Shown here: positions 8,773 through 18,587 of the stretch, piece after piece | Numbering within the stretch: the stretch's first letter is position 1 | Layout of the letters: every line of letters begins with the position of its first letter | DNA from: an uncultured archaeon | Lineage (GTDB): Archaea; Asgardarchaeota; Lokiarchaeia; Sigyniarchaeales; SOKP01 | Direction: 5' to 3' | Assembly: GCA_964583985.1 (NCBI GenBank) | Contig: CAZOYD010000039.1 | Coordinates: 1-33,993 of the forward strand | Length of the DNA stretch: 33,993 nt | Position numbers and translations under genes: made by a program | The notes under the pieces: generated by a model | Database searches by the model: none | What the model was told of the DNA's origin: nothing | What the model saw: only the letters and a program-made list of their open reading frames with translations

Positions 8773-9702
8773 ATGGATAGAAAAAAATATTTTATGGATA
8801 ATAGGAGACTGAAAAAAAAAGACGTGCCACCTCAAAGAAAAACAGATTATGAAAAACAAAAAACAAGGGAAGAAGTAGAGCAAATTAAAAAAGATCTTAT
8901 CAATTATGCCCAAACTCCTTGGGGTAAGGAGTGGATAATATCAAACCTGAAAATTGGGCGCCCTTTCAGAATGCAAAGAGGGATTGAATATGCCAATGAT
9001 GAAGATCGTATTGATAATATCACAATTAATTCTGGTCAGATATTTGCTACCGTGCAAGGGACAGCCCCTACTCCCTATCGAGTAAAAATAAATTTTGAGC
9101 CCATTCCTGATGAAGGATGGAAAAAAATTGTAAAAGATTTATCTGCAAGATTATATTTTCTCATTGAATTATTGGAGGGAACTTTACCTCAAAATATCAT
9201 TGCGATCTTTGAAAAAAACGAATATCCCCTATTTCCAGATGCAGATAAAGGATTAGATTCTTCATGTTCTTGCCCCGATAAAGCAATTCCTTGCAAGCAT
9301 ATAGCTGCTATAATTTTATACTTAACTCGAGTTATAGATTATAATCCTTTTTTATTATTAGAACTTCGAGGAAAATCTAAAGAAAAAATTCTTGAAGATC
9401 TAAGTATATTTCATCCAATAGATAATGAAAATAATTCCGAAAACTCTACTAAGACAAAGGATATTGAATTTAAATTTAATGTACCTAAAATGTCAATGCA
9501 AGAACTAGCTAAACATTATATTGAAACTAATCAGGATCCCATGAGATTCAATATAAAAAAGCCAGGAAAAATTATTGAAACGCTGGAAAATTTAGGGATT
9601 CCTCAAACGATTGAAAATAAAGCTTTTGAGATTGTATTCAAATCGATCTATAAAGAAATTACAGCCAAAAGTTATGAAATTTCTTTGCATCATCATAAAT
9701 AA
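8773..9702 (+). CDS. SWIM zinc-finger protein (partner of the SNF2 ATPase)
   Basis: RMQRGIEYA, ATVQGTAPTPYRV and CSCPDKAIPCKH (CxC...CxH). The ATG at 8773, preceded by GAGTGA, is preferred over the GTG at 8752. Confidence 0.9.
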   Translation: MDRKKYFMDNRRLKKKDVPPQRKTDYEKQKTREEVEQIKKDLINYAQTPWGKEWIISNLKIGRPFRMQRGIEYANDEDRIDNITINSGQIFATVQGTAPTPYRVKINFEPIPDEGWKKIVKDLSARLYFLIELLEGTLPQNIIAIFEKNEYPLFPDADKGLDSSCSCPDKAIPCKHIAAIILYLTRVIDYNPFLLLELRGKSKEKILEDLSIFHPIDNENNSENSTKTKDIEFKFNVPKMSMQELAKHYIETNQDPMRFNIKKPGKIIETLENLGIPQTIENKAFEIVFKSIYKEITAKSYEISLHHHK

Positions 9703-9724
9703 TGAGATTAGATTAGAAATCATG

Positions 9725-10165
9725 TTAAATCAAAGATACAAATTTTTCATCTAATGTTTTGATATTAATATTTAAAATTTTACTTAGGGTTTTACGAAAG
9801 TCTTCAAATTGAGTGGAGTTTTTGCCATTATATCTAGTTTTAAATTTTTTCATTATTTTTTTTAATAAAGGTAAAACTCGTTTTTTTATGTATTTATCCA
9901 CATTCTTCTCGTTATCTATTACAACATATGCAATAAATGGTTTTAATGAATGATTATCTTTGATCCAATCCTTTCTAAAAACAACCGTGAACCTGTTGCT
10001 TTGGAAATACTCAATTGGAGAGATCGTGATCTCGGCAAAGCTTAGAATGCTAGATAACAATCCAGAATTTAAAATTAAATTCGCATTCTCTTTCCTAGTT
10101 TCTTTGTGAGATTCAAAAATAATTGGAATTCCACAAGAAATTATACCCACTTCTCTAATAATCAT
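9725..10165 (-). CDS. Small longin-like domain protein (Asgard type)
   Basis: 146 aa: beta-hairpin (IREVGIISCGIPII), then LNSGLLSSILSFAE helix, strands and a C-terminal helix, which is the longin-like order. Confidence 0.55.
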   Translation of the reverse strand: MIIREVGIISCGIPIIFESHKETRKENANLILNSGLLSSILSFAEITISPIEYFQSNRFTVVFRKDWIKDNHSLKPFIAYVVIDNEKNVDKYIKKRVLPLLKKIMKKFKTRYNGKNSTQFEDFRKTLSKILNINIKTLDEKFVSLI

Positions 10166-10346
10166 TATTGTTGATGTAATAATTTGTGAATTCTACAAGG
10201 ATCGACTAATAGTATTCCTATTTATGTACTTGCAAAATTGAATTAACTTGTACTGACAATGTGAAAAAGATGCTTTTTAACTTTATTTAAGAATTTTGAA
10301 AAAAAGAAAAAATAATTAGATAATTTTAACCATATCTTTTATAGTT

Positions 10347-11783
10347 CTACTCGCGAGTTTCACCGCTTTTAACCTTAAAGAAAAAAATCAGAGCAATCAC
10401 AATTAAGAATAATATGAATGGAAACATTATGATATATCGAAAGTCTCCAAATGCATTAAAGGCAGAGAGAATTGCTCCAAATAGAATTGGCGCAACACTA
10501 TATGCCGTTTGATTGAATGTATAATAAATTCCCGTATAGATACCTACTTTTCCTTTAGGTGCCAAAGACCATAATATTGGAAAACTATTAACTATAAATC
10601 CCATCCACGGTATGGCTATCAGCACCAACATAGTACTTACTAAAAGGGGATTATAATTATGATATGTAGTTGGAACAACAAAACCAGCCATTATAATTAT
10701 GGATATTATTAACCAAGCAAGAAATATTTTAATCGCTTTCTTTCGTCCGACCGATTTCTTTTGACCCAAAAGACCAACAAAATAAGCACTTGCAATCATT
10801 GGTGCTGAATAAGCAAGAAATAAAGTTCCAGCGGCGCTTTCTGTAATTTGAAAGTATGCAACAGCAAAACTTGAGAAAAATGATTCTATTGACGCGAATG
10901 CCAAGTACATGAATATGATAGTAGCCAAGAAAAACGAAAAATCTTTATGTTGCTTTACTATATGATAAGCATCTCTATAAGATCTTAATTTATGTTTTGA
11001 AATTTCTTTATCTACTTCGGATAGTTTCTTTTGTCTGGCTAAGAACGTAATTGGATCAATTTCAATCTTAGTTGGTGAAATTTTTAAAAATGTTTCGCCA
11101 GTAGGAGTCTCTTTCACTGTGAAGATTTGGATTAAAATTAATATTATCATTCCAATACCGACTATTATAAAACCTAGTGCGTCAAATAAGAGAGGATCTA
11201 AAGTTCCCTCTAATGCTCCTATTAATATAGGGATAGAAAAGGCGATTAGGCTTCCCATATTAGCAATGAATTGTTGAATTGCACTCCCCTTAGAATACAT
11301 CTTCTCAGGTGTATAATCGGGTAATATAGCGATCGAAGCTGAACGGAAAATAGACATTGCTAGATCGAAAAGGAAAATTATCAAAAACAAACCGGCCAAA
11401 ATACGAATCCAAGGAATAATTACAAAAAATACAGCAGAAGAAACCGTACCGATAATTATGTAAGGCATGCGACGTCCTATCTTACTTTTTGTTCTATCAC
11501 TTAAATCCCCAAAGTAAGGTTGTAAAAAAATAGCAAGAATATTATCCATTGCCATTATAATTCCTTTTACCATATCTTTCAAAACATATGTTCCTAATAC
11601 ATCATCAAGAATTAATGGCACCTTGAAATTGAAATAGGACCAAGCAAATAAAACAATAAAGAATGACAATGAGATCAACATGGTCCTTTTCCCATTCAAT
11701 TTGTTAGGTCCAGAGGGTATCATTCTTGGTTTAAAAGGTAACTCTTCAAACTCTTCGCTATTTTTTCCTTCATTCGAGGTCAT
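10347..11783 (-). CDS. MFS transporter, glycoside-pentoside-hexuronide/sugar:cation symporter-like
   Basis: Multiple hydrophobic helices; motif QPYFGDLSDRTKSKIGRRMPYI. Confidence 0.9.
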   Translation of the reverse strand: MTSNEGKNSEEFEELPFKPRMIPSGPNKLNGKRTMLISLSFFIVLFAWSYFNFKVPLILDDVLGTYVLKDMVKGIIMAMDNILAIFLQPYFGDLSDRTKSKIGRRMPYIIIGTVSSAVFFVIIPWIRILAGLFLIIFLFDLAMSIFRSASIAILPDYTPEKMYSKGSAIQQFIANMGSLIAFSIPILIGALEGTLDPLLFDALGFIIVGIGMIILILIQIFTVKETPTGETFLKISPTKIEIDPITFLARQKKLSEVDKEISKHKLRSYRDAYHIVKQHKDFSFFLATIIFMYLAFASIESFFSSFAVAYFQITESAAGTLFLAYSAPMIASAYFVGLLGQKKSVGRKKAIKIFLAWLIISIIIMAGFVVPTTYHNYNPLLVSTMLVLIAIPWMGFIVNSFPILWSLAPKGKVGIYTGIYYTFNQTAYSVAPILFGAILSAFNAFGDFRYIIMFPFILFLIVIALIFFFKVKSGETRE

Positions 11784-11901
11784 TTCTAATCATCAAATTA
11801 ATAGAATTGTTAATTTTAAATTTCATAATAATCCTACAAATTTAATGTTTTATTACAATCAGGATAAAAAATTTTAAATTAATATTCTAATTATTGCTCT
11901 T

Positions 11902-12711
11902 ATGCTGGAAGCTGAAGAGTGGTTTGAAATCATAAAAAAAGAGGATCATCTCTACATTATTCGAGAAAGACTTGATGAGATTGATCCACGTTATCTCACA
12001 AAATATACCAATCTATATCTTCTGATTGGTAAAAACAAAGCATTATTGATAGATACGGGAAGTGGTTTATACCCATTAAAACCAAAAATTAAAGATTTGA
12101 TTGACTCAAAAGAATTAATGGTAATTAATACCCATTCTCATTTCGATCATCGCGGGGGGAATGAAGAATTTGATGAAATTTTCATTCATGAGAGCGAGTT
12201 AGAGAATGCTTCGATGGTTTTTGATATTTCTTTTTTAAAAGATTCTCCAAAGAAGAGAGTTCAATTATTTGATAAAAGTAATTTTAAATATCACCCACCT
12301 ACCAAATTGCATCCTTTAAAAGACGGGGATAGATTTGATCTGGGAGATCTTACAGTAAAAATAATTCACACACCAGGGCATTCAATTGGTTCAATCTCAT
12401 TACTAACAAGTCACGATGAACTATTTACTGGGGACACAGCACATTTTGGGGCGATGTACTTACCGAAAAAGAAAGATCTTCCAATATTGCTTTCAAGTTT
12501 ATCAAAATTACTTGATTTGTTTAAAGTACATCCAGATATTGAAATATATCCTTCCCATGAAGATTTTCAAGTCAATAAAGTGTTATTAGAATTATTAATA
12601 CATGGTATACATAACATCGAGACAATATGGGATACTAAAGTAAAAAATACATTCTTACAGGCTTGGGTATTAAATGATAATTTTTTTACGTACGTGTTTG
12701 AAAATTCATAA
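11902..12711 (+). CDS. Metallo-beta-lactamase-fold hydrolase
   Basis: LLIDTG, THSHFDHRGG, HTPGHS, LFTGD and PSH. Confidence 0.92.
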   Translation: MLEAEEWFEIIKKEDHLYIIRERLDEIDPRYLTKYTNLYLLIGKNKALLIDTGSGLYPLKPKIKDLIDSKELMVINTHSHFDHRGGNEEFDEIFIHESELENASMVFDISFLKDSPKKRVQLFDKSNFKYHPPTKLHPLKDGDRFDLGDLTVKIIHTPGHSIGSISLLTSHDELFTGDTAHFGAMYLPKKKDLPILLSSLSKLLDLFKVHPDIEIYPSHEDFQVNKVLLELLIHGIHNIETIWDTKVKNTFLQAWVLNDNFFTYVFENS

Positions 12712-12783
12712 AATTTTTATCATTTTTGTTTCTTCACATATTAATAGTGTTATTATTAATAGGAAAAAGGTTTTATAAAAAAT

Positions 12784-14088
12784 ATGACGAAAACACATAA
12801 AATTGTTATTGTGGGAGCAGGTTCCCTTCAATTTGGACTTGGAACCGTCGGTTCTATTATTAATAGTGCCGTTTTAGAAGGCTCAACCATAACTCTACAT
12901 GATATTAATCAAACAAATTTAGATTTAGCTTTAGAAGCTTGTAATGAAGTAATACAACAAGATCATTTAAATTTTTCAGTAGAGGCTACAACAGAAAGAA
13001 AGAAGGCTCTACAAGGGGCAAATTTCATTGTTAATTCAATTGAAGTTGGTCCAAGGTTTGAATGGTTTGATTTAGATTATAGTATACCCCACAAATATGG
13101 TAATAAACAAATTATGGGCGAGAATGGGGGTCCAGGGGGTCTTTTTCATTCTTTAAGAGTCATACCTCCAATTTTAGAAATTTGTGAAGATGTGTCTAAA
13201 ATTTGCCCCAATGCACTTTTTATAAATTATTCTAATCCCATGAGCCGAATTTGTTTAGCAATCAAACGAAAATATCCTTTACTTAAATTTGTTGGATTAT
13301 GTCATGAATTTCATAATTTCAAGATGCATTATGGTCGAATTTTAAATACGCCATTAGAGGATCTTGAAATGAAGGCTGCTGGACTTAATCATTTTGGAGT
13401 GTTGCTTTCTATTAAATACAAGAATTCTGGAAAAGATGCATATCCGGAATTACGTAAAAAAGCTCCTGATTACTTAATGAATTTAAAAGGATTCATGATG
13501 GATGTTAAATTGAATCGATATATTTTAGAGAATTTTGGTTATATACCTTATACAACTGATTCGCATTATGGTGAATATATTGCGTGGGCTTGGGATAAAG
13601 GAGATGTGCAAGGAGCTCGTGATTTTTATAATGGGTATAAACAAGCTACACTATATACTGGGAAAAAAATTCAAAAATTAGTTGAAAAAGGTAAAGGATA
13701 CCGTTTAATAAAACCAGATCCAGAAAGAGCCATTCCAATAATTGAGGGTATATTATCGGATTCGAATCATGAAGAAGCTTCTGTTAATTTACCAAATAAT
13801 GATGTTATTACAAACCTTCCGAATGATTTAGTTGTAGAAGTCCCTGCAATAGTTAATAAGCAAGGACTAAAAGCTGTTAAAGTTGGTGAATACCCGAAAG
13901 GATTGGCCGCTCTTTTGCGCAACCAAGCATCAGTTCAAGATTTAATTGTTGAAGCAATTATTAAAAAATCTAAAGAAATAGCATTTCAAGCCTTGTTATT
14001 GGATCCAACAATAGAAAGCGCTTCAAAAGCTGAAGAAATGTTTGAAGAGATGTTAAAAGTAAATAAGGATCACATCTTTCTTGAGTAA
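12784..14088 (+). CDS. Glycoside hydrolase family 4 (NAD+/Mn2+-dependent alpha-galactosidase/alpha-glucosidase)
   Basis: KIVIVGAGS, ENGGPGG, NYSNP, GLCH, GLNHF and ALLLDP. Confidence 0.92.
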   Translation: MTKTHKIVIVGAGSLQFGLGTVGSIINSAVLEGSTITLHDINQTNLDLALEACNEVIQQDHLNFSVEATTERKKALQGANFIVNSIEVGPRFEWFDLDYSIPHKYGNKQIMGENGGPGGLFHSLRVIPPILEICEDVSKICPNALFINYSNPMSRICLAIKRKYPLLKFVGLCHEFHNFKMHYGRILNTPLEDLEMKAAGLNHFGVLLSIKYKNSGKDAYPELRKKAPDYLMNLKGFMMDVKLNRYILENFGYIPYTTDSHYGEYIAWAWDKGDVQGARDFYNGYKQATLYTGKKIQKLVEKGKGYRLIKPDPERAIPIIEGILSDSNHEEASVNLPNNDVITNLPNDLVVEVPAIVNKQGLKAVKVGEYPKGLAALLRNQASVQDLIVEAIIKKSKEIAFQALLLDPTIESASKAEEMFEEMLKVNKDHIFLE

Positions 14089-14106
14089 ACCTTTTAATCC
14101 CAGCTA

Positions 14107-14154
14107 TTTTTTTTTTTGAGTTAAGAAATTTTAATCTTTATTCCTTTTTTTTTT
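14107..14154 (+). terminator. Oligo-T tracts (T11 at 14107-14117, T10 at 14145-14154), likely archaeal terminator of the GH4 gene
   Basis: Long T runs 19-66 nt after the stop codon. Confidence 0.55.
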
Positions 14155-14167
14155 AATAATAAACCGA

Positions 14168-14181
14168 GAGAAACTTAAATA
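14168..14181 (+). promoter_or_regulatory. Possible BRE/TATA promoter of the 14300/15682 gene pair
   Basis: GAGAAA-CTTAAATA fits an archaeal BRE plus TATA box. Confidence 0.35.
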
Positions 14182-14299
14182 CATGTAACAATATCATATT
14201 ATAAGTATCCTATCCAAAATGGTTTTTCAAAATCTTTACACAATGGAATTTTAGATTATTTAGAACGATCTAAATTAAAAAGTTGTAGTATCATTAAAT

Positions 14300-15667
14300 A
14301 TGACAAACTATAAACCAGAACCCAGTATTCTTGAAAGTTTTGACCTTTTTGTTATACCAAGTTGGGGTCATTTGCTGGGTTATCCCACTTTAGGCAATTA
14401 TTCTCATCAAGATGTTTTAAAAATTTCTCAAGATTTTGTTATATTCTTCAGTGCTGCTGAATGCGCTGTTGAGACAGAAAAAGGGACTCTCTATTATCTT
14501 TTTGGATTAGGATATTATTACACTAAATTTGAACTTCAAAACGGAAAATATATTACTGATAATCGACAATTGACAGGTTTAATTTTATCAGATTTCGTTT
14601 ATGATTATCTTTCATGCTCAAAAAATGTTAACTTAGAAGATGATCGAGATATAATAGTAAGTGAAAACCTGTTTAAATTACCCATAGATTTATCTTTTAA
14701 ATCTGAAAACAAGAGAACCTTCATTCAAGGAACTCTCATGCGAAATTTATTCATTCCTTATAAGAATATTATTCTAGAGTTTATGGAGACATTAAGAAGT
14801 CCTCTATCCTTTCAAATTCAAAAAACGGGACCAATACTCTTGAGTACGTATTGGGATTCTTATAATGATATCCTAATCACTCCTGAAATGTATCATGAAA
14901 TGAAAAATTCCACCGCAGGAATAAATGAGATTATTCCAGATTCTTTAAGACATCTAAAGAAATATTTTTCGATTCAGAATTTAAAGTATATTGAGGAGCT
15001 TCTATTAAAGCTTAAAAGGGTTTATTCAACAATAGATTTTGATCCAATGTATTTGATTTCAATTTTAATCAATGCAGCATTAAAATTAGGAAAAGAAATA
15101 AATCTCTCTAGTATTCAAAAGGTCGAAAAAGCACAAAAAAGAATGCCAAAGGAATCAATATTTCTTTCTGCTGAACCACGAATGAATTCTTTTGTTGAAT
15201 GGCCAGAAAAATTTAGGAGAAGAACAAAAGATGAGATAGAAAGATCAGTTGTTCAAGTAAAAACCAGATTATATCATCCTGAAGAAGAAGATAAAGAAAC
15301 GATAAAAGTTGATAGATTTGAAAGAGAACAAAAACAGTTCAAGATTAGAACCATGAAGCGACCCTCAGTAAAAATAAAAACTCTTCCAATTATTCCAACA
15401 AGTAATTCTCTTGATATTCTTCTTGTTCTTAAAGAAATTGCAAACCAAGATTATGATATTAGATCAATTGCAAGAGCTCTTGAAATTGCTCGAGATTATA
15501 TTAAAAGCATGGTTTTGCATTCTAATGTTCTATGGGAAATGGGTAAACTTATCAATTTATATCAAAAAGCAGAATTAAATGAAGGATTAAGCTCTAAAGA
15601 AAAATTAGAGTTAATAGAACAAATTGAAAAGTGGATAAATTTAATGAGTAATATATTATCATCTTAA
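14300..15667 (+). CDS. Hypothetical protein (globular N-terminus, charged linker, helical C-terminal domain)
   Basis: 455-aa ORF with an ATG start; no enzyme motif recognised. Confidence 0.75.
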   Translation: MTNYKPEPSILESFDLFVIPSWGHLLGYPTLGNYSHQDVLKISQDFVIFFSAAECAVETEKGTLYYLFGLGYYYTKFELQNGKYITDNRQLTGLILSDFVYDYLSCSKNVNLEDDRDIIVSENLFKLPIDLSFKSENKRTFIQGTLMRNLFIPYKNIILEFMETLRSPLSFQIQKTGPILLSTYWDSYNDILITPEMYHEMKNSTAGINEIIPDSLRHLKKYFSIQNLKYIEELLLKLKRVYSTIDFDPMYLISILINAALKLGKEINLSSIQKVEKAQKRMPKESIFLSAEPRMNSFVEWPEKFRRRTKDEIERSVVQVKTRLYHPEEEDKETIKVDRFEREQKQFKIRTMKRPSVKIKTLPIIPTSNSLDILLVLKEIANQDYDIRSIARALEIARDYIKSMVLHSNVLWEMGKLINLYQKAELNEGLSSKEKLELIEQIEKWINLMSNILSS

Positions 15668-15681
15668 ATTGGTGAATTATT

Positions 15682-16314
15682 ATAGTCAATATTAAATCAA
15701 TCATAAAAGATTTGCAAAAACATTATTCAGACGCAACTGAAGTAGTTGTTGTAAATAATAAAGCGAAAATCCTTTTCTCGACTTCCAATTGGAATGTTTC
15801 GAAAGATATTAAGGATCTTTTATCTAGTTGGGGCAGTGGAAACAGTCAATTTGTAAATATGGCAGGTATAAGATATTCAGTTCTTCAAATGGAACCCGAA
15901 AGATTTATAGCTACTAATAGGCAAAATAAGGGACATTTAGTTGGTTCATCCGTGCCAGAAACGGATATGTTTCTCATAGCTCATATAAAACAAAAAGCAA
16001 AAGGATGGATGCACATGGCATATCCTGCCATAGCTAGAGCTGCTGCTATGATGAGAAAAGGTTCAACATCGCAATTTATTGAAACTGAAATAGAATTATC
16101 TAATGATGATGAACTGATAGAAAAAAGTCGTGAAATAATACAACCTTCAATCGATCCTATTCTAAGGACTGAAATTGAAGGATTTTTGGAATGGATAAGA
16201 AATCCTCAAGGATTTACATCTTATCTCTTACATTCATTACAAGAAAACGATCGTTATAAAATAACAAAGCTTGCTGAGATTTATAATGAATTTTATAAAA
16301 CTTTTTATAATTAA
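15682..16314 (+). CDS. Asgard-type profilin with an approximately 80-aa C-terminal extension
   Basis: KILFSTSNWNVSKDI...GIRYSVLQMEPERFIATNRQNKGHLVG matches the pattern I recall for Loki profilins (QTENWNI...GIKYMIVENTEERKIGTNITGKGHV). The start is inferred at ATA 15682 after a GGTGA SD; the ORF track gives TTG 15712. Confidence 0.78.
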   Translation: MVNIKSIIKDLQKHYSDATEVVVVNNKAKILFSTSNWNVSKDIKDLLSSWGSGNSQFVNMAGIRYSVLQMEPERFIATNRQNKGHLVGSSVPETDMFLIAHIKQKAKGWMHMAYPAIARAAAMMRKGSTSQFIETEIELSNDDELIEKSREIIQPSIDPILRTEIEGFLEWIRNPQGFTSYLLHSLQENDRYKITKLAEIYNEFYKTFYN

Positions 16315-16357
16315 GTTTAGGAGATAATTTTATTCAAGCAAGTTTCAGAAATTTCTT

Positions 16358-17494
16358 TTAACGCTTCAGGTAAATCGAAATTATATCGCCATCCTCAATT
16401 ACGTGATCTAAATTTTCAAATTTTTGACCGGGGTGTTTAGCAGATTTCCCCCATATCAACGAGTAACGATAATCATTTATGAAACGTTTGTGAATTTTAC
16501 GACAGAGTTTTTCAAGGGTATCACCTCGGTGGAGAATTATTGGTTCCGTCATATCAGCATCTTCTCTTGGTGGTTTCAAAAAAACTCGTATTAAATTCAG
16601 CTCTTTGAAAATATCATGCTTAAGAGCATCGATATTTTCTTTATTTTTAGCTGAGATCATAACCCAGTGATCATGACCTATTGCCTCTGTAATGGTTTTG
16701 TCTGGAATTCTTTTTAGCATTAAATCTGATTTATTAATTACTACAAATTCTTTTGTGTATATACGATTTCCAAATATGAAATCGATTAATTGATCAGGGG
16801 TAATATCTGGTTCAGAGAAATATACTCCTGCATTTCGAACCTTTAATTCATTCATTAAAGATTTCACTTCATCGGCATCCATAACTTGATGTCCTTTATA
16901 AGTAAAATGAATTCCTCCTCGAGTACGCTCTTTAATAACTATTTTAGGTGGTTTTGTATTTAGCCGTATTCCTGCATTATTCAATTCCATTCTAATAGTT
17001 TCCAAATCAGAAAGGTTAATCGTCCCATCAGGACGAAAGCAGATTATAATTAGCACTAACTCTGCTGAACGTACTGCTGCTAATACTTCCTTTCCTCTCC
17101 CTTTACCTGCAGCAGCACCCAAAATTATTCCTGGTAAATCGATAAGCTGAATATTCGCATCTTCGATATTCATCATGCCTGGTATGGCTGTAACAGTAGT
17201 AAAATCATACGCTGCGACTTTAGAATGAGTGTTACCTTCTGTTAACAAATTTAATAGAGAAGATTTCCCAACTGAAGGAAACCCAATGAATGCTACTTGG
17301 GCATCTCCAGTTCTTTTAATGTGGAAACCACCACCACCACCCTTTTTAGAACTGGCAATGCGAATCAAATCTTCGCGGAGCTTGGCCAATTGTGATTTAA
17401 TAGTATTTACACTTTTTTGCGTCGCCTTGTTTACCTTGGTGGAAGCCAATCGTTCTTCTAATTCTGCTATTCTCTCTTCGACTTTTTCGGACAT
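16358..17494 (-). CDS. DRG/Rbg1-family OBG-type GTPase with TGS domain
   Basis: TKVNKAT, GFPSVGKS, YDFTT, DLPGII, GKGRG, NKSD and C-terminal WGKSAKHPGQ...DHVIEDGD. Confidence 0.95.
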   Translation of the reverse strand: MSEKVEERIAELEERLASTKVNKATQKSVNTIKSQLAKLREDLIRIASSKKGGGGGFHIKRTGDAQVAFIGFPSVGKSSLLNLLTEGNTHSKVAAYDFTTVTAIPGMMNIEDANIQLIDLPGIILGAAAGKGRGKEVLAAVRSAELVLIIICFRPDGTINLSDLETIRMELNNAGIRLNTKPPKIVIKERTRGGIHFTYKGHQVMDADEVKSLMNELKVRNAGVYFSEPDITPDQLIDFIFGNRIYTKEFVVINKSDLMLKRIPDKTITEAIGHDHWVMISAKNKENIDALKHDIFKELNLIRVFLKPPREDADMTEPIILHRGDTLEKLCRKIHKRFINDYRYSLIWGKSAKHPGQKFENLDHVIEDGDIISIYLKR

Positions 17495-17740
17495 TTCATA
17501 CCATTAAAAAAGAAAAAGATGCAAATACAAAAAATTTTTCGAAAATATTTACTCAAAGAGTTGAATAATAAAAAGAGAGAATTATAAAATCCAATGAAAA
17601 GTAAATTTAGTTATTACGAGCTGATTCTAATCCTAATTTAAATTTTTATCGAATTTTAAGATTTATTAAAGTTTCTTCATTTAAGCTATTAGACCGTCAT
17701 GATAGCATTATTTCTATGATTTAACCCAATGGAAAGAAGT

Positions 17741-18571
17741 TCAAATAATATATTTAGGAGTAGCTAAAGTATCTCTATCAGTAATTATTTTGTAATCAGG
17801 ATGATTTCTAATGTGTGTTACAGGATAATCATCTCCAGGTTCACCAAATAAAGCAATTCTTAAAATTGTATTTGCCCAGTCATAAGGACTTCCGTTCCTG
17901 CAATAAAGGCGAATTCTTTTAGCTTCTAAAATCTGTTTCATACCAATTGTATAGGCTTCTTTGGGAAAGTTTTCTAAATTTCCGCCTACATTTGCCCTGA
18001 TCGAATTAATAGTAATGGTATATTTGTTAAGATTAACTTTACGAGGATTTGAGGTAGCAATATTTATATTTGGCTCATTAAATGCAATATGACCGTGAAC
18101 TCCAATCCCTCCATAACAAGAATCTATACCTCCAATCTCGACAATTTTATTTCTAATATTATTTATGTTTTCCTCATTAGGAAAGATGATGTGAGAATCC
18201 TCAATTCCATATTCTTTTAAAGGAAGGAGTAAAGTAGCTTTGGCAATTCTTTTAAAACTTAAAGGATGATTGATTTTAAGTGCAAATCCGCTTTCATCGC
18301 AATACTCATCCATAAAGAAGAACCGACAATTTGATAAACTCAAATTATTTTTCTTAACCATATCTACTAAAAAAGGATATTGGCCGATAGGTCCAATTGG
18401 AAGAATTAAATTTGTAGGTTTGTTATTTTCATTATTTTTATGAATTTTGTTGAAGATATCTTCTGCAAATTTTAAATGTAGTTCTTCTAAGTCTTCACAA
18501 ACAATCAATCGATCTCCTGCCTTCTTAATAACTTCTTCAGGATTTAATTTAAGAAGTGATCTCACTTCCAC
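17741..18571 (-). CDS. Glucosamine-6-phosphate deaminase/isomerase (NagB-like) family protein
   Basis: ILPIGP, FFMDEY and GGIGVHGHIAFNEP; GTG start after AGGAAG. Confidence 0.85.
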   Translation of the reverse strand: MEVRSLLKLNPEEVIKKAGDRLIVCEDLEELHLKFAEDIFNKIHKNNENNKPTNLILPIGPIGQYPFLVDMVKKNNLSLSNCRFFFMDEYCDESGFALKINHPLSFKRIAKATLLLPLKEYGIEDSHIIFPNEENINNIRNKIVEIGGIDSCYGGIGVHGHIAFNEPNINIATSNPRKVNLNKYTITINSIRANVGGNLENFPKEAYTIGMKQILEAKRIRLYCRNGSPYDWANTILRIALFGEPGDDYPVTHIRNHPDYKIITDRDTLATPKYII

Positions 18572-18587
18572 CTTCCTATTGGTAATT

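Noticed and set aside
12740-12780. ATTAATA-N7-TATTAAT inverted repeat upstream of GH4 as a possible operator
   Set aside because: It is all A/T and I did not see it repeated before other sugar genes, so it cannot be told from background.
12784-14088. GH4 as an NAD-dependent sulfoquinovosidase
   Set aside because: The known NAD-dependent SQases are GH188. This protein has standard GH4 motifs and lies 10 kb from the SQ-like pair.
17495-17740. Larger intergenic gaps (also 2439-2696, 10166-10346, 28786-29075) as ncRNA, tRNA or CRISPR loci
   Set aside because: AT-rich, with no GC-rich stems, cloverleaf or regularly spaced repeats visible.
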